Source of the DNA: Candidatus Heimdallarchaeota archaeon
Lineage (GTDB): Archaea; Asgardarchaeota; Heimdallarchaeia; Hodarchaeales; Hodarchaeaceae
Assembly (NCBI GenBank): GCA_019057635.1
Contig: DXJL01000180.1
Location: 1 to 17,819, forward strand
Length of the DNA stretch: 17,819 bases
Direction of reading: 5' to 3'
Below, piece by piece: positions 7,505-16,377 of the stretch. Below the pieces are notes generated by a model that had not been told where the DNA came from, did no database searches, and was given only the letters and a program-made list of their open reading frames with translations. The translations under genes were made by a program, and so were the position numbers. Numbering within the stretch: position 1 is the stretch's first letter; every line of letters begins with the position of its first letter.

Positions 7505-10500
7505 GGGTAATCGCCATAATCAATATCATTGCTTCATGGAGCTGAATGATGGGATTAGGGTTAAGAGTAGATACGATTTTAAATCCAGGAGCTAAATTAC
7601 CTATTTTTAAGTTTGGAGAAATTCCAGTAGTGGTATACACTGCAATTTCATAGGTATTTGGTGCTAAACTTGCTGGAGGTATTGATAATAAGTAGATTTG
7701 AGTACCGTCCTCTTCAATAGCAGATGTGATACTTGGGAGAGACTGATTAAGCCTTCCTATTTTGCCTTGTAAATCTAGTATGCCATAAAGATTAATATTT
7801 GGGACTGGAATGTTATTAAATTCAGAATTTACTACTTCAAAGGAAATAGTAATGACTGAAGAAGTATCAATGGCATAAACATTCAAATCTCCTTGTTTGT
7901 TTATACCATAGTACTGTGTATTAATAATAGCGAAGTCTCCAGAGAGAGTTATGTTATAATTAATATTGCTCAAAGGATCACTAGGATTTCGGGCAAATAC
8001 ATAGGAATTGTTCCATTCTGATCTAATTTTGAATCGTGTTCCAAATGTTGTCTCTGCAAGATTCGGATTAATCAATGCGCTCATGAAGATGGATTCATTT
8101 GCTTGAACCATTTTGAATCGCTGTATAAATAACGTTTCGTCAGAAATGTTCACAAGTCCACCAATCATATCAACTTCTGAATCAGTGATATTGTAGATAC
8201 CCGAGGGTGTGTCAATACCTACTACAAATGTTATATTGAGATTTTCTCCATAGAATACTGTGTAGCTTTCAGACAAGGAGAGATTCCTATTATCAGTAAT
8301 AAAGACTGATTGATATAAAACAGGGGTTCCTCCAAATCGAATATTTGTAAGTGTACTGTTGGTAACCTTGCTAATTTGATAGCCTGAGGAAGTGTTCCAA
8401 CTAAAACTAACTGAAAGATTATAAAAACCAGCAACAAATAGAATTGGACATAACTGATTGAAGCTCGTATAAATGTTGCCGGAATAAAGCGATAATTTAA
8501 CATCAAAGGTTTCTGCCTGAGTTTCATTACTGATAAAGAGTAAGGTAGCATTGGCTTTAGGTGTAAAGAAACCGTTTGAGTATTCTAGTGAAACATTAAT
8601 ATTTAGAGTATCGCCTGGGTAGTATACAGGTATTTTGGTAATATTTACAAGTCTGACTGTATCAGAAATCTCTAGAGGAAAAACTGTTTCTATTGATGTC
8701 AAAGAGTTATTAAAACTTAATGCAAGATCCCATGTACCAAGGAGTGATTGATTATCAAAGGGGATCTCAAACTGAAAAGAGGTTGTCGTCGCATTCAAAG
8801 GTTCGTATAAAAGAAGATTTACAATCTGGTCATCGGGTGAAGTGATATTTGCAGATAAACTACCAGTAGTGACATTTATCGTTTCATAAGTGATTACTGA
8901 TCTATTTTGATAATAGATGGTTCCATTTAATGTATCACCAGGTTTAATTAAGGTAGGTGCGAAATCATATATTGGAGCATATCCTACAATGACCGTAGAA
9001 TTTTGCAGATATACCGGAGAGCGTATAACAGGGAAATTCCGAATTGATAGGTGATTAACAATTTGATGAGAGCCAAGAGTCCAGTTAAAATCTCCATTGC
9101 TGTCGTTTTCAATATTTATCTTGTAAATAGCACTAGATTCCCTTGTGAAGACTTCATTATTTTCTGAATAGGAAGGATGTGTAATGTCCCAATTATCAAT
9201 TGTTGTAGTTAAGCTGAGAGAACCATGGGATTGATAGTCAAATGTATCCATCCCTAAATTGATGGACGTTATTACTCCCTGAATAAGATAATTCGATTTA
9301 TTGATAAATTGATTTTTTTGAAAATATGAGGTTTCTAAATCAAGTTCTATTGATTCAAAAAGAGACAGGGATAATAAATAGACCAAAGAGGAGTAATAGG
9401 TATCATGAATGTTCACTCTATGGTTGACTTCTAGTTGAGAATGTGTTACATTATTTGGGCCAAATCCTCCAATATCTATTACTTCAGTTTGGATATAAGT
9501 TCGATTTTCTCGTTTCAGGAATTGAGAAGAATTAACGAAACTTAATGCCCCTATATGATCAATATCGTCAGTAATATTCAGTAAATGACTGATTGCATAA
9601 ACGATTCCTGTTTCTTTCGTTGTTGCATTCTCATAGAAGCCATATCCTCCTTCAGTCATTCCTGTGCTTTTAAGAAATAAGGGTAACCAATTCTGTATTT
9701 GTGATTGATAATCAATTAAATTTTTTGGTAATGAAATTCCCAATAAAGTGGAAAAGTGTTCAAGAATAGCAATTGATTGTAAAGCATACCAAGTATCCTC
9801 AATTGGAGTACGATAGCTTGTATTGTCATAAAAATATGTGTTATTTACTAAAGTATTCTCAATAAAATTGAAAATATTTAATGAGTAATTGGTCATAAAT
9901 TCCAGAATTGTTTGATTAACGGCTGGTGTAATTGAAGGATCTGTTACATCTAAGATTACCTTGTAAACTAAATCTAGTATTGATAAAGCTTGAAACGTTG
10001 ATTTAAGGTCAGCTTCGCTATCCTTCTCATGAAAACCAAAATTATCTAGGTCAAATGTGTCTAGAATAGTGTAATTCATAATAGTTGGAGTTAATGGTTT
10101 TAATTTAAGTGTAAGTTCATCCATTAGCCAAAGGGCGTTAACAACACCGAAAGTGCCCTCAAGGGAAGGAGTAGAAACGATAGAGCTGAGACGAAATCCT
10201 CCCGAATCATCTTCATCTTTTAGATCTATGATTAATTTGTCAGCTATGGCTACTTCGTAATCTTGCCATTTAGAGTAAAATTGATAATAATCCAAACCGA
10301 AGATTCGCAAAACTGCCAGTGCTTCATACGTAGCAATTGATGTAGAATACCCATCTACCGACTCAAAGAAAATTGCTTGAGTTGAATCGTAAAGACTGTC
10401 AATGTAATCTGCTAAAGCTTCTAGATCAAAGGAATAATTACCAATGAAACTCTTTTCTTCTAGCATACTATACGTAATCTCATCTGAAGTTGTTTCATTA

Positions 10501-10646
10501 GTAAATTCATTTGATGCTTGTTGGTATTCGTACAATGAGGCATCTGAACCGGATAAAACAGTTAAAGGAAGGATCACTAAGATTATAAGAAGTGTTCCTT
10601 CGACCAGTTTCCGATATTTATTTATTTGGTTTCTACGGATGAGCAT
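7464..10646 (-). CDS. Large membrane-anchored extracellular glycoprotein: prenyltransferase/squalene-oxidase-repeat-like alpha/alpha barrel + beta-sandwich domains
   Basis: Basic then hydrophobic N-terminal signal; six 'G(G)F...T(Y/F)xAlxxL' helical repeats; a Thr/Asn/Ser-rich beta region; a C-terminal TM helix followed by KR; more than 35 N-x-S/T sequons counted by eye. Confidence 0.8.
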   Translation of the reverse strand: MLIRRNQINKYRKLVEGTLLIILVILPLTVLSGSDASLYEYQQASNEFTNETTSDEITYSMLEEKSFIGNYSFDLEALADYIDSLYDSTQAIFFESVDGYSTSIATYEALAVLRIFGLDYYQFYSKWQDYEVAIADKLIIDLKDEDDSGGFRLSSIVSTPSLEGTFGVVNALWLMDELTLKLKPLTPTIMNYTILDTFDLDNFGFHEKDSEADLKSTFQALSILDLVYKVILDVTDPSITPAVNQTILEFMTNYSLNIFNFIENTLVNNTYFYDNTSYRTPIEDTWYALQSIAILEHFSTLLGISLPKNLIDYQSQIQNWLPLFLKSTGMTEGGYGFYENATTKETGIVYAISHLLNITDDIDHIGALSFVNSSQFLKRENRTYIQTEVIDIGGFGPNNVTHSQLEVNHRVNIHDTYYSSLVYLLSLSLFESIELDLETSYFQKNQFINKSNYLIQGVITSINLGMDTFDYQSHGSLSLTTTIDNWDITHPSYSENNEVFTRESSAIYKINIENDSNGDFNWTLGSHQIVNHLSIRNFPVIRSPVYLQNSTVIVGYAPIYDFAPTLIKPGDTLNGTIYYQNRSVITYETINVTTGSLSANITSPDDQIVNLLLYEPLNATTTSFQFEIPFDNQSLLGTWDLALSFNNSLTSIETVFPLEISDTVRLVNITKIPVYYPGDTLNINVSLEYSNGFFTPKANATLLFISNETQAETFDVKLSLYSGNIYTSFNQLCPILFVAGFYNLSVSFSWNTSSGYQISKVTNSTLTNIRFGGTPVLYQSVFITDNRNLSLSESYTVFYGENLNITFVVGIDTPSGIYNITDSEVDMIGGLVNISDETLFIQRFKMVQANESIFMSALINPNLAETTFGTRFKIRSEWNNSYVFARNPSDPLSNINYNITLSGDFAIINTQYYGINKQGDLNVYAIDTSSVITISFEVVNSEFNNIPVPNINLYGILDLQGKIGRLNQSLPSITSAIEEDGTQIYLLSIPPASLAPNTYEIAVYTTTGISPNLKIGNLAPGFKIVSTLNPNPIIQLHEAMILIMAITLIGLLYLNIKRDP

Positions 10647-10844
10647 TTCTCTTTCACGTCGAGTAATGACTTGACTACTGAAACTTAGACAGAAGGAGAT
10701 GGCTTTCTTTGAAAATATTATCCTTTCGGAAAATTCGTTTCCCTACTCCATATTAATAAAATAGATCATTAAAGCGAAAATTCTAAATGAAAATTCATTC
10801 CTCGTTTGAATAACGATTTACGCATATTTAGGTCGATATATACA

Positions 10845-11234
10845 ATGGGTAGAAATCTAGAGGATCAAATGCGATTATCGATGAGAGGAATATTGTCTAA
10901 ACAGATGATAACGGGAGGAGAAAAGAACGGAGTCGTTGCTTCTTTCGTCAGCGATGATAACGGGTTTCCGCTAACTGGAATGAAAAAATCTAGTGATTCC
11001 ATCATTGATATGGAGGCTAACGAGTTTGAACAAATATCTGTATTAATTCCTCAAATTTGGGGAACAACAGTTAACTCTACACAAGATTTAGAATTACTGT
11101 CATTGAAAAATAGCAAGATAAATCATATTACCGTTGGATTCAAAGGTGAGAAGGATGAAACTCCAAATTTTGAGCTATTAATTGCTCGATTAGATGCACT
11201 ATATATATCATCTCTCTTTAAATCAAGAAAATAG
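10845..11234 (+). CDS. Roadblock/LC7 (MglB-like) domain protein
   Basis: Predicted order: helix, GVVASFVSDDNGFPL hairpin, helix EFEQISVLIPQIW, then strands INHITVGF, FELLIARL and LYISSLF. ATG 10845 is preferred over TTG 10806. Confidence 0.65.
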   Translation: MGRNLEDQMRLSMRGILSKQMITGGEKNGVVASFVSDDNGFPLTGMKKSSDSIIDMEANEFEQISVLIPQIWGTTVNSTQDLELLSLKNSKINHITVGFKGEKDETPNFELLIARLDALYISSLFKSRK

Positions 11235-11242
11235 GTGTTTTA

Positions 11243-12493
11243 ATGTCAAAGGCTGAAGTAGAGACGAAAATAGAATTAATCCAGAAGCGTAGGAAGAAAA
11301 CAATAAATATTGCTTTTGATAAAAGCCAGAAAATTCGAAAAGCTATACAAAAACACCGAAATAAAATCATTGAAGACACTCAGAAGTTAATTGATGAAAC
11401 AGATCCTCAGCTCACAGAAGAGGGTGTCCAGAAAATTACTAAAAAGGGGAAGATCTATTTCCGATCTCTTAAGGCGTTTAACCCCCTCCTTCATGTCTTT
11501 AATACTCAAGCATCAAAACTTAAGATTCCTGACGAAAAGAAGCAACTGACATCATCCGAGCTTAATCAATTTGTTAGAAATTTGTCTAGATTGGTTAATG
11601 ATGTTAATAAAGAAAAAGCCCAGGTGGATGCAATTATGGGGCTTGATTTTATGCTTAAAAAGCGAGGCATCTACGCTGCTTTTGCAAAAATTACTTCTGA
11701 ACTCAATGACCTCCGTGATCTACAAAAAGAAGAATATTCTGTGGTTAAGGCAATTGAAGATTTAGAATCAATCGTTAGAGATATTGAAAATATACGAGTA
11801 AAGACTGAACAACTAAAAGAGGAAAAATTGGATCTTGAAGTTCAGCTGAAAGTAGCTGAAGAATCTCGGGACAAAAAGGAAGACATTAGAACAGCTCTAG
11901 TAAGTAATCCAATAATAAGTAATTCTCGACAGAGAGGTATCAGGATAACTGAGATAGAAATTGAAATGGGAACCCATCTAAACTCATTTAAGAAAAAATT
12001 CAAAAAGTATGCACGCGAAGTCCAAAGAGGAAGTGTTTCGGGAGAGTTTGGGTTAGTTAACACCGCTTTAAGTTATGAAAAAAACCCAGTTCAAAAATTC
12101 TTAGATGAACCTGAAAATAATCCTGAAATATCTGCACTTCTAGAGGAATTGATCAATGTAGGTGAAAAAAGCTTGCATCTAAAACAAAAGAATATCTCTA
12201 ATCTGAGTAGAGCGCTAAAAAATATTCAAGAGGGAAAATTTGACTTACATAAGAATGAATGGCATGATTTACATAAGAAAAAAAACAAAGACGATGCCTC
12301 TTCTGAATTTAAAAAGGTTAATGGCGAGCTTATTAAGTGTGAGAGTGAAATAAAAGATATTGAAGGGAAAATTTCTGGAATAAGCGAAAATATATCATTG
12401 AAGTCTCGTGAGTTATCAAATCTTTCAGAATCGCTAGAAAACCGGCGAAATCGAGCTTCAGAAATTACAGAAGAAGTTATTAATCATCCATGA
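11243..12493 (+). CDS. Hypothetical all-alpha/coiled-coil protein (416 aa)
   Basis: Lys/Glu-rich long ORF with two long heptad segments and no Walker motifs. AGGTG (SD-like) precedes the ATG, which lies 8 nt after the Roadblock gene. Confidence 0.85.
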   Translation: MSKAEVETKIELIQKRRKKTINIAFDKSQKIRKAIQKHRNKIIEDTQKLIDETDPQLTEEGVQKITKKGKIYFRSLKAFNPLLHVFNTQASKLKIPDEKKQLTSSELNQFVRNLSRLVNDVNKEKAQVDAIMGLDFMLKKRGIYAAFAKITSELNDLRDLQKEEYSVVKAIEDLESIVRDIENIRVKTEQLKEEKLDLEVQLKVAEESRDKKEDIRTALVSNPIISNSRQRGIRITEIEIEMGTHLNSFKKKFKKYAREVQRGSVSGEFGLVNTALSYEKNPVQKFLDEPENNPEISALLEELINVGEKSLHLKQKNISNLSRALKNIQEGKFDLHKNEWHDLHKKKNKDDASSEFKKVNGELIKCESEIKDIEGKISGISENISLKSRELSNLSESLENRRNRASEITEEVINHP

Positions 12494-12528
12494 TTAAATT
12501 TGTCTGACAACTGGAATTTATTAGTGTA

Positions 12529-12584
12529 GGTCACAAATGATTAATCTACCTTGTGGCCCAGTTGAAGGTGACTTTATCAACTGG
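12529..12584. terminator. Twin stem-loops between convergent genes (possible terminator or 3'-end structure)
   Basis: GGTCACAA(12529-36) pairs with TTGTGGCC(12551-58) with one G-U pair on the + strand. CCAGTTGA(12558-65) pairs perfectly with TCAACTGG(12577-84). Confidence 0.4.
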
Positions 12585-12589
12585 AGAAG

Positions 12590-14980
12590 TCAAAGTCCAA
12601 TGTAATTATTTTGAGTTCCTCTATTGAACATTTTCAATGAGAGAATATTTCCTATACCCATTTCACTTCGTAAATTGAAAAAATAGAAAGGATAGTTCAA
12701 AACTATCGCATCAACCTTCTTAGGTGCTAAGCTTTTGGCTGTTCTTCCTTCTAAGAATTCAATCATATCGTTAGATACTGAGATAACTTTTGTTGGCGAC
12801 CCAATATCAAAATCTTCTTTATCATACAAAATGAAAGATTCATTTATTTCCTGCAACCTCGAGAAGAAGTGCTTTTCTAGCTCCCAATTCCTAGATCTAA
12901 TCATTTGAATCTGTGGTGGTAAATCAATAATCAGATCTTTCCCTTGTAAGCGACGTTCATTTTGTGATTCATCTTCCATCAGAAAAGATGAGGTTTGGAA
13001 TGTGTCGTTGAGTATTGCTTCTTTTAATTTCCATGGTTGAATTGATCCATTTTTGTAAAGGAACCAGTAACTAGGTTTATTAAATTCCGCTAAACTTATA
13101 CCAGTTGAGCGAGAGGAAATTTTCTTCTTCTTATCTGTGAAAATAAACTTCTTAAATTTACCATCTTTTATCTCGACCCCTTCTAAGACCGCTCTCTTTC
13201 CTGACTTCATGAAATACTCTTGATTGGGATCAGCTATAATTAAATCGTAATCACTTTTTTGAATCGTAATTTGTGTACCATCAGCTAATTCTAACTCAAA
13301 TTCAATAGGTGAAACTATACTTGAAGTAATTTCATATCCAATAACTTTCCCCCATATGGTCGTTTCCTTTTTTATTTTTGGTTTTGCGAGTACAAAATGG
13401 TTAACAATTTTTTTAGCAGTCTCTTCCTCATAGGTAATTTCTAAATAGTCTTTGATATTACCAAAGTCACGAGAGTACTTCATTGAGAGTAAACGATCCA
13501 TTTCATTATGGGATTTCTGCAATTTTGCAATAGAACGGTTTCTAAATCCTGGAAGTAATAATCCCCAAATCATTAAACCCGCTCTAATCGCTCCTATCGA
13601 ATGATCTGCCTGCATTGCAATTCTTATTGAAGTTAACGGATGAGAGGCAATTAAATTCATGAAACAAGTCATACGGCTAGGAGCAAGATTTTGGTACAAG
13701 TAGTAAGCTTGATCTCCCATAAAACGAATATTTTCATCTTTAGTACGTTTCTTTCCAGTCATCAACTGAGTATTGAATCCAATTTCCCCTGCTATTCCAT
13801 AATAAAATCCTTCAAGACGATATAATGATTCTGCTAATTCAATTCCATAACCTTTTTGTCTAGTTATTTTGTCAGCTTGCCCTTCTAACATTTTAACAAA
13901 TGTCAATAAGATTGCAAATAAGGCTATATTGAACAACCAAAACGATAAAAAGTCCCAGGTTTGTTCACCAAGAAATACATATTCCCAATAGGTCGCAGGA
14001 GCATCAATAATCAATTTCACAATCAACTCAAGAGCAGTTATACCAAGTAAGATCAATGTATGTTTTCTCTGTACATGAGCTAATTCATGAGCCGTTATTC
14101 CTCGAATTTCTGCGTCGGTGAACTGATCTAAATCAGAAGCAATATAAGCAATTCGCTGATCAAACCATGGTCCGAAGGCGAAAGCATTTAGAATCGGGGC
14201 TTCTACAATACCAATCTTACGAATCGGTGTTTTAATTTTTGTCTGAACCTCTGAAATAATTGAGTTGACCCTTTCATCATCAAGAGGTTTTATTCCGTAA
14301 AGGATTGTTAGTAGAGGTCCCGAAATTAAGTAGATAAAGATATTTACTACAAAGATTGCTGGATATTTTACAATATCTGGAAAATCGAGTTGAAGAATGA
14401 CCAAGATTGCGACTAAATATAATATTAAATATGTCATCTGGGGGCTTATAAACCGTGTCACTACAATGAATTTACGACCAAATAGAAGGAATGCTGTGAA
14501 AACCATTACCCAGATTATTAAATTATAACCAACGCCAACAAAGAATTGCTGAATCTCAATTGCATTACTAAACCCAACCGAAACCAAGAAATTCTTTAAT
14601 GAAGCACCTAAAGATGGTATAACCTTTGAAGTTAAATATCCAATTGCTACCATAATGAAAAAGAAACCATAACTTATTGTAAAGGTTCCCATCATTCGTA
14701 CCCATATTGGATTTTCACGTACTTCAAAAGTTCCAATAACCATCAGACCCATTATACCAGCCAGTCCTGATAATAACATGTCACCTGTTAATGCAAATAA
14801 TCCTGTTGCTAACACACCTATACCAGATAATTCCATGATATCAGGATAAGAGCGATATTTCAAATACTTCCTTAGTTCTAGGAGGAATATCACAAGTAGT
14901 AGTATAGATAAAATACCAGATAATATTTGCTCTGTTGAAAAAGAGTCTAATAGATCTAATAGATCATTTTGTGACAACAT
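12590..14980 (-). CDS. M48 family (HtpX/Ste24-like) integral membrane zinc metalloprotease with N-terminal multi-TM and C-terminal soluble extensions
   Basis: Motifs LNAFAFG, HELAH (14075-14089), EGQAD third-ligand motif and SHP. About 7-8 TM helices precede the protease core. ATG 14980 (MLSQND) is preferred; 15076 is the alternative. Confidence 0.88.
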   Translation of the reverse strand: MLSQNDLLDLLDSFSTEQILSGILSILLLVIFLLELRKYLKYRSYPDIMELSGIGVLATGLFALTGDMLLSGLAGIMGLMVIGTFEVRENPIWVRMMGTFTISYGFFFIMVAIGYLTSKVIPSLGASLKNFLVSVGFSNAIEIQQFFVGVGYNLIIWVMVFTAFLLFGRKFIVVTRFISPQMTYLILYLVAILVILQLDFPDIVKYPAIFVVNIFIYLISGPLLTILYGIKPLDDERVNSIISEVQTKIKTPIRKIGIVEAPILNAFAFGPWFDQRIAYIASDLDQFTDAEIRGITAHELAHVQRKHTLILLGITALELIVKLIIDAPATYWEYVFLGEQTWDFLSFWLFNIALFAILLTFVKMLEGQADKITRQKGYGIELAESLYRLEGFYYGIAGEIGFNTQLMTGKKRTKDENIRFMGDQAYYLYQNLAPSRMTCFMNLIASHPLTSIRIAMQADHSIGAIRAGLMIWGLLLPGFRNRSIAKLQKSHNEMDRLLSMKYSRDFGNIKDYLEITYEEETAKKIVNHFVLAKPKIKKETTIWGKVIGYEITSSIVSPIEFELELADGTQITIQKSDYDLIIADPNQEYFMKSGKRAVLEGVEIKDGKFKKFIFTDKKKKISSRSTGISLAEFNKPSYWFLYKNGSIQPWKLKEAILNDTFQTSSFLMEDESQNERRLQGKDLIIDLPPQIQMIRSRNWELEKHFFSRLQEINESFILYDKEDFDIGSPTKVISVSNDMIEFLEGRTAKSLAPKKVDAIVLNYPFYFFNLRSEMGIGNILSLKMFNRGTQNNYIGL

Positions 14981-15165
14981 TGTAAATTTCACCGTACTTG
15001 GAAGGTCTAAAAGGATGTTAGGATGCAAGTATGCCGATATTCTGAGGATATAAATGGCTACTGACCAGTTCTTCATAGTACTATCAGAAGCATCTAATTA
15101 TAAATGAGAACCACGGACTCTCATAATCAGAGTACTTCCTCTAAATCTAGTTGTGTGATGTATAA

Positions 15166-16065
15166 GTGAAAGGGTCATCAAAACCTGATTGGATTCGGGC
15201 TAAATTTCCAACTGAAACGAAATTTAAAGAGGTTAACAATCTAATTAAAAATCAAGGACTTCATACTGTTTGTGAAGAAGCGTTTTGTCCAAATAGAGCC
15301 GAATGTTGGGAATCTGGAACTGCTACATTTTTACTAATGGGTGTTTATTGCACCAGAGCCTGTAAATTCTGTGATGTGGATACTAAAAATCCTCATCAAT
15401 ATCTAGATATTGATGAACCTCTGAAGATTGCAGAAGCTGTCAAAACTCTTAGCCTGAAATATGTTGTTCTGACTTCCGTGACAAGGGATGATCTTCCTGA
15501 TGGAGGGGCAAGTCATCTGGCTGCTTGTATCAAGGCAATAAAACAGGAAATGCCTTCTATACTAATAGAAATACTTATCCCAGATTTTAAAGGTAATGTT
15601 CAATCATTAAAATCCGTTACTAAAGCTAAACCTGAAGTAATTGGTCATAATATAGAAACGACAGAAATTTTTACACCTAAAATTCGTGATCCTAGAGCCA
15701 ACTATCAACAATCATTATCCGTTCTAAAAACCCTAAAAGATATCGATCCTGAAATTTTAACTAAATCTTCAATTATGTTAGGGTTTGGAGAGACTGATGA
15801 GCAGATCCTTACCTCGCTTAAAGATCTGAAAGACGTACATGTTGATATTGTTACTTTGGGGCAATACCTTCAGCCTTCTAGGAATGCAATTCCGGTTCAC
15901 GATTATATTGAACCAAAAAAATTTACATATTGGGAAAAAAAAGCCAAAATAATGGGATTCTCTGCCGTAGTGTCAGGTCCACTTGTAAGAAGTTCATACC
16001 AGGCGGGGTTACAGTATTCAAATGTAAGAAAGATAGTTCAGAAGAAGCTCAAAAAGCAAGAATGA
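15166..16065 (+). CDS. lipA: Lipoyl synthase (radical SAM)
   Basis: Motifs KPDWIR, auxiliary cluster CEEAFCPNRAEC (CX4CX5C), radical-SAM CTRACKFC, TSVTRDDLPDGGA, HNIET, GQYLQP and PLVRSSY. Confidence 0.97.
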   Translation: MKGSSKPDWIRAKFPTETKFKEVNNLIKNQGLHTVCEEAFCPNRAECWESGTATFLLMGVYCTRACKFCDVDTKNPHQYLDIDEPLKIAEAVKTLSLKYVVLTSVTRDDLPDGGASHLAACIKAIKQEMPSILIEILIPDFKGNVQSLKSVTKAKPEVIGHNIETTEIFTPKIRDPRANYQQSLSVLKTLKDIDPEILTKSSIMLGFGETDEQILTSLKDLKDVHVDIVTLGQYLQPSRNAIPVHDYIEPKKFTYWEKKAKIMGFSAVVSGPLVRSSYQAGLQYSNVRKIVQKKLKKQE

Positions 16066-16377
16066 AAAATACTATGATTTCAATATGGAAAAAATCATAT
16101 GCTCATTCAGCAAGTAGAACGTGGAGAGAGTTTTTCTTGAATTGATCTAGAAAAATCGTCCTTTTATCGAACATTCTAACTAGGCCCTGAAATTCGACCC
16201 TCGATATTTACATCTTTCTTTAAAAGAATTGAATGTCTGGAATCAGAAAATTGGAATAATAAGAAAATTCTTCAGAGTAAAGATTGAGCCTCTTAAATGT
16301 AAATGAGAATTAAAATTAACGGAACATTTCTCTAGATAGGCATTAATACATAAAATTGGGTGTTGGATCGATTAGTT

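Noticed and set aside
8231-10674. ORFs 8231-8551 (-) and 10444-10674 (+)
   Set aside because: Alternative-frame or antisense ORFs overlapping the 1060-aa gene.
10693-10764. AAGGAG-ATG 21-codon ORF (MAFFENIILSENSFPYSILIK)
   Set aside because: The SD abuts the ATG with no spacer, the ORF is very short, and it lies in a promoter region.
11571-12063. ORFs 11571-11765 (+) and 11842-12063 (-)
   Set aside because: Nested within the 416-aa gene.
11243-12493. SMC/Rad50/SbcC call for the 416-aa protein
   Set aside because: No Walker A/B, signature motif or CxxC hook; only generic coiled-coil similarity.
12490-12592. SECIS/selenocysteine readthrough or box C/D sRNA interpretation
   Set aside because: Both flanking genes end in TGA, but readthrough gives only short tails with no redox motif. 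The ATGATTA/CTGA boxes are degenerate and wrongly spaced.
15930-16145. 71-aa ORF from TTG 15930
   Set aside because: Mostly overlaps the conserved lipA C-terminus in another frame.
16216-16228. Palindrome TTCTTT-A-AAAGAA upstream of tfb
   Set aside because: Low-complexity AT-rich dyad expected by chance.
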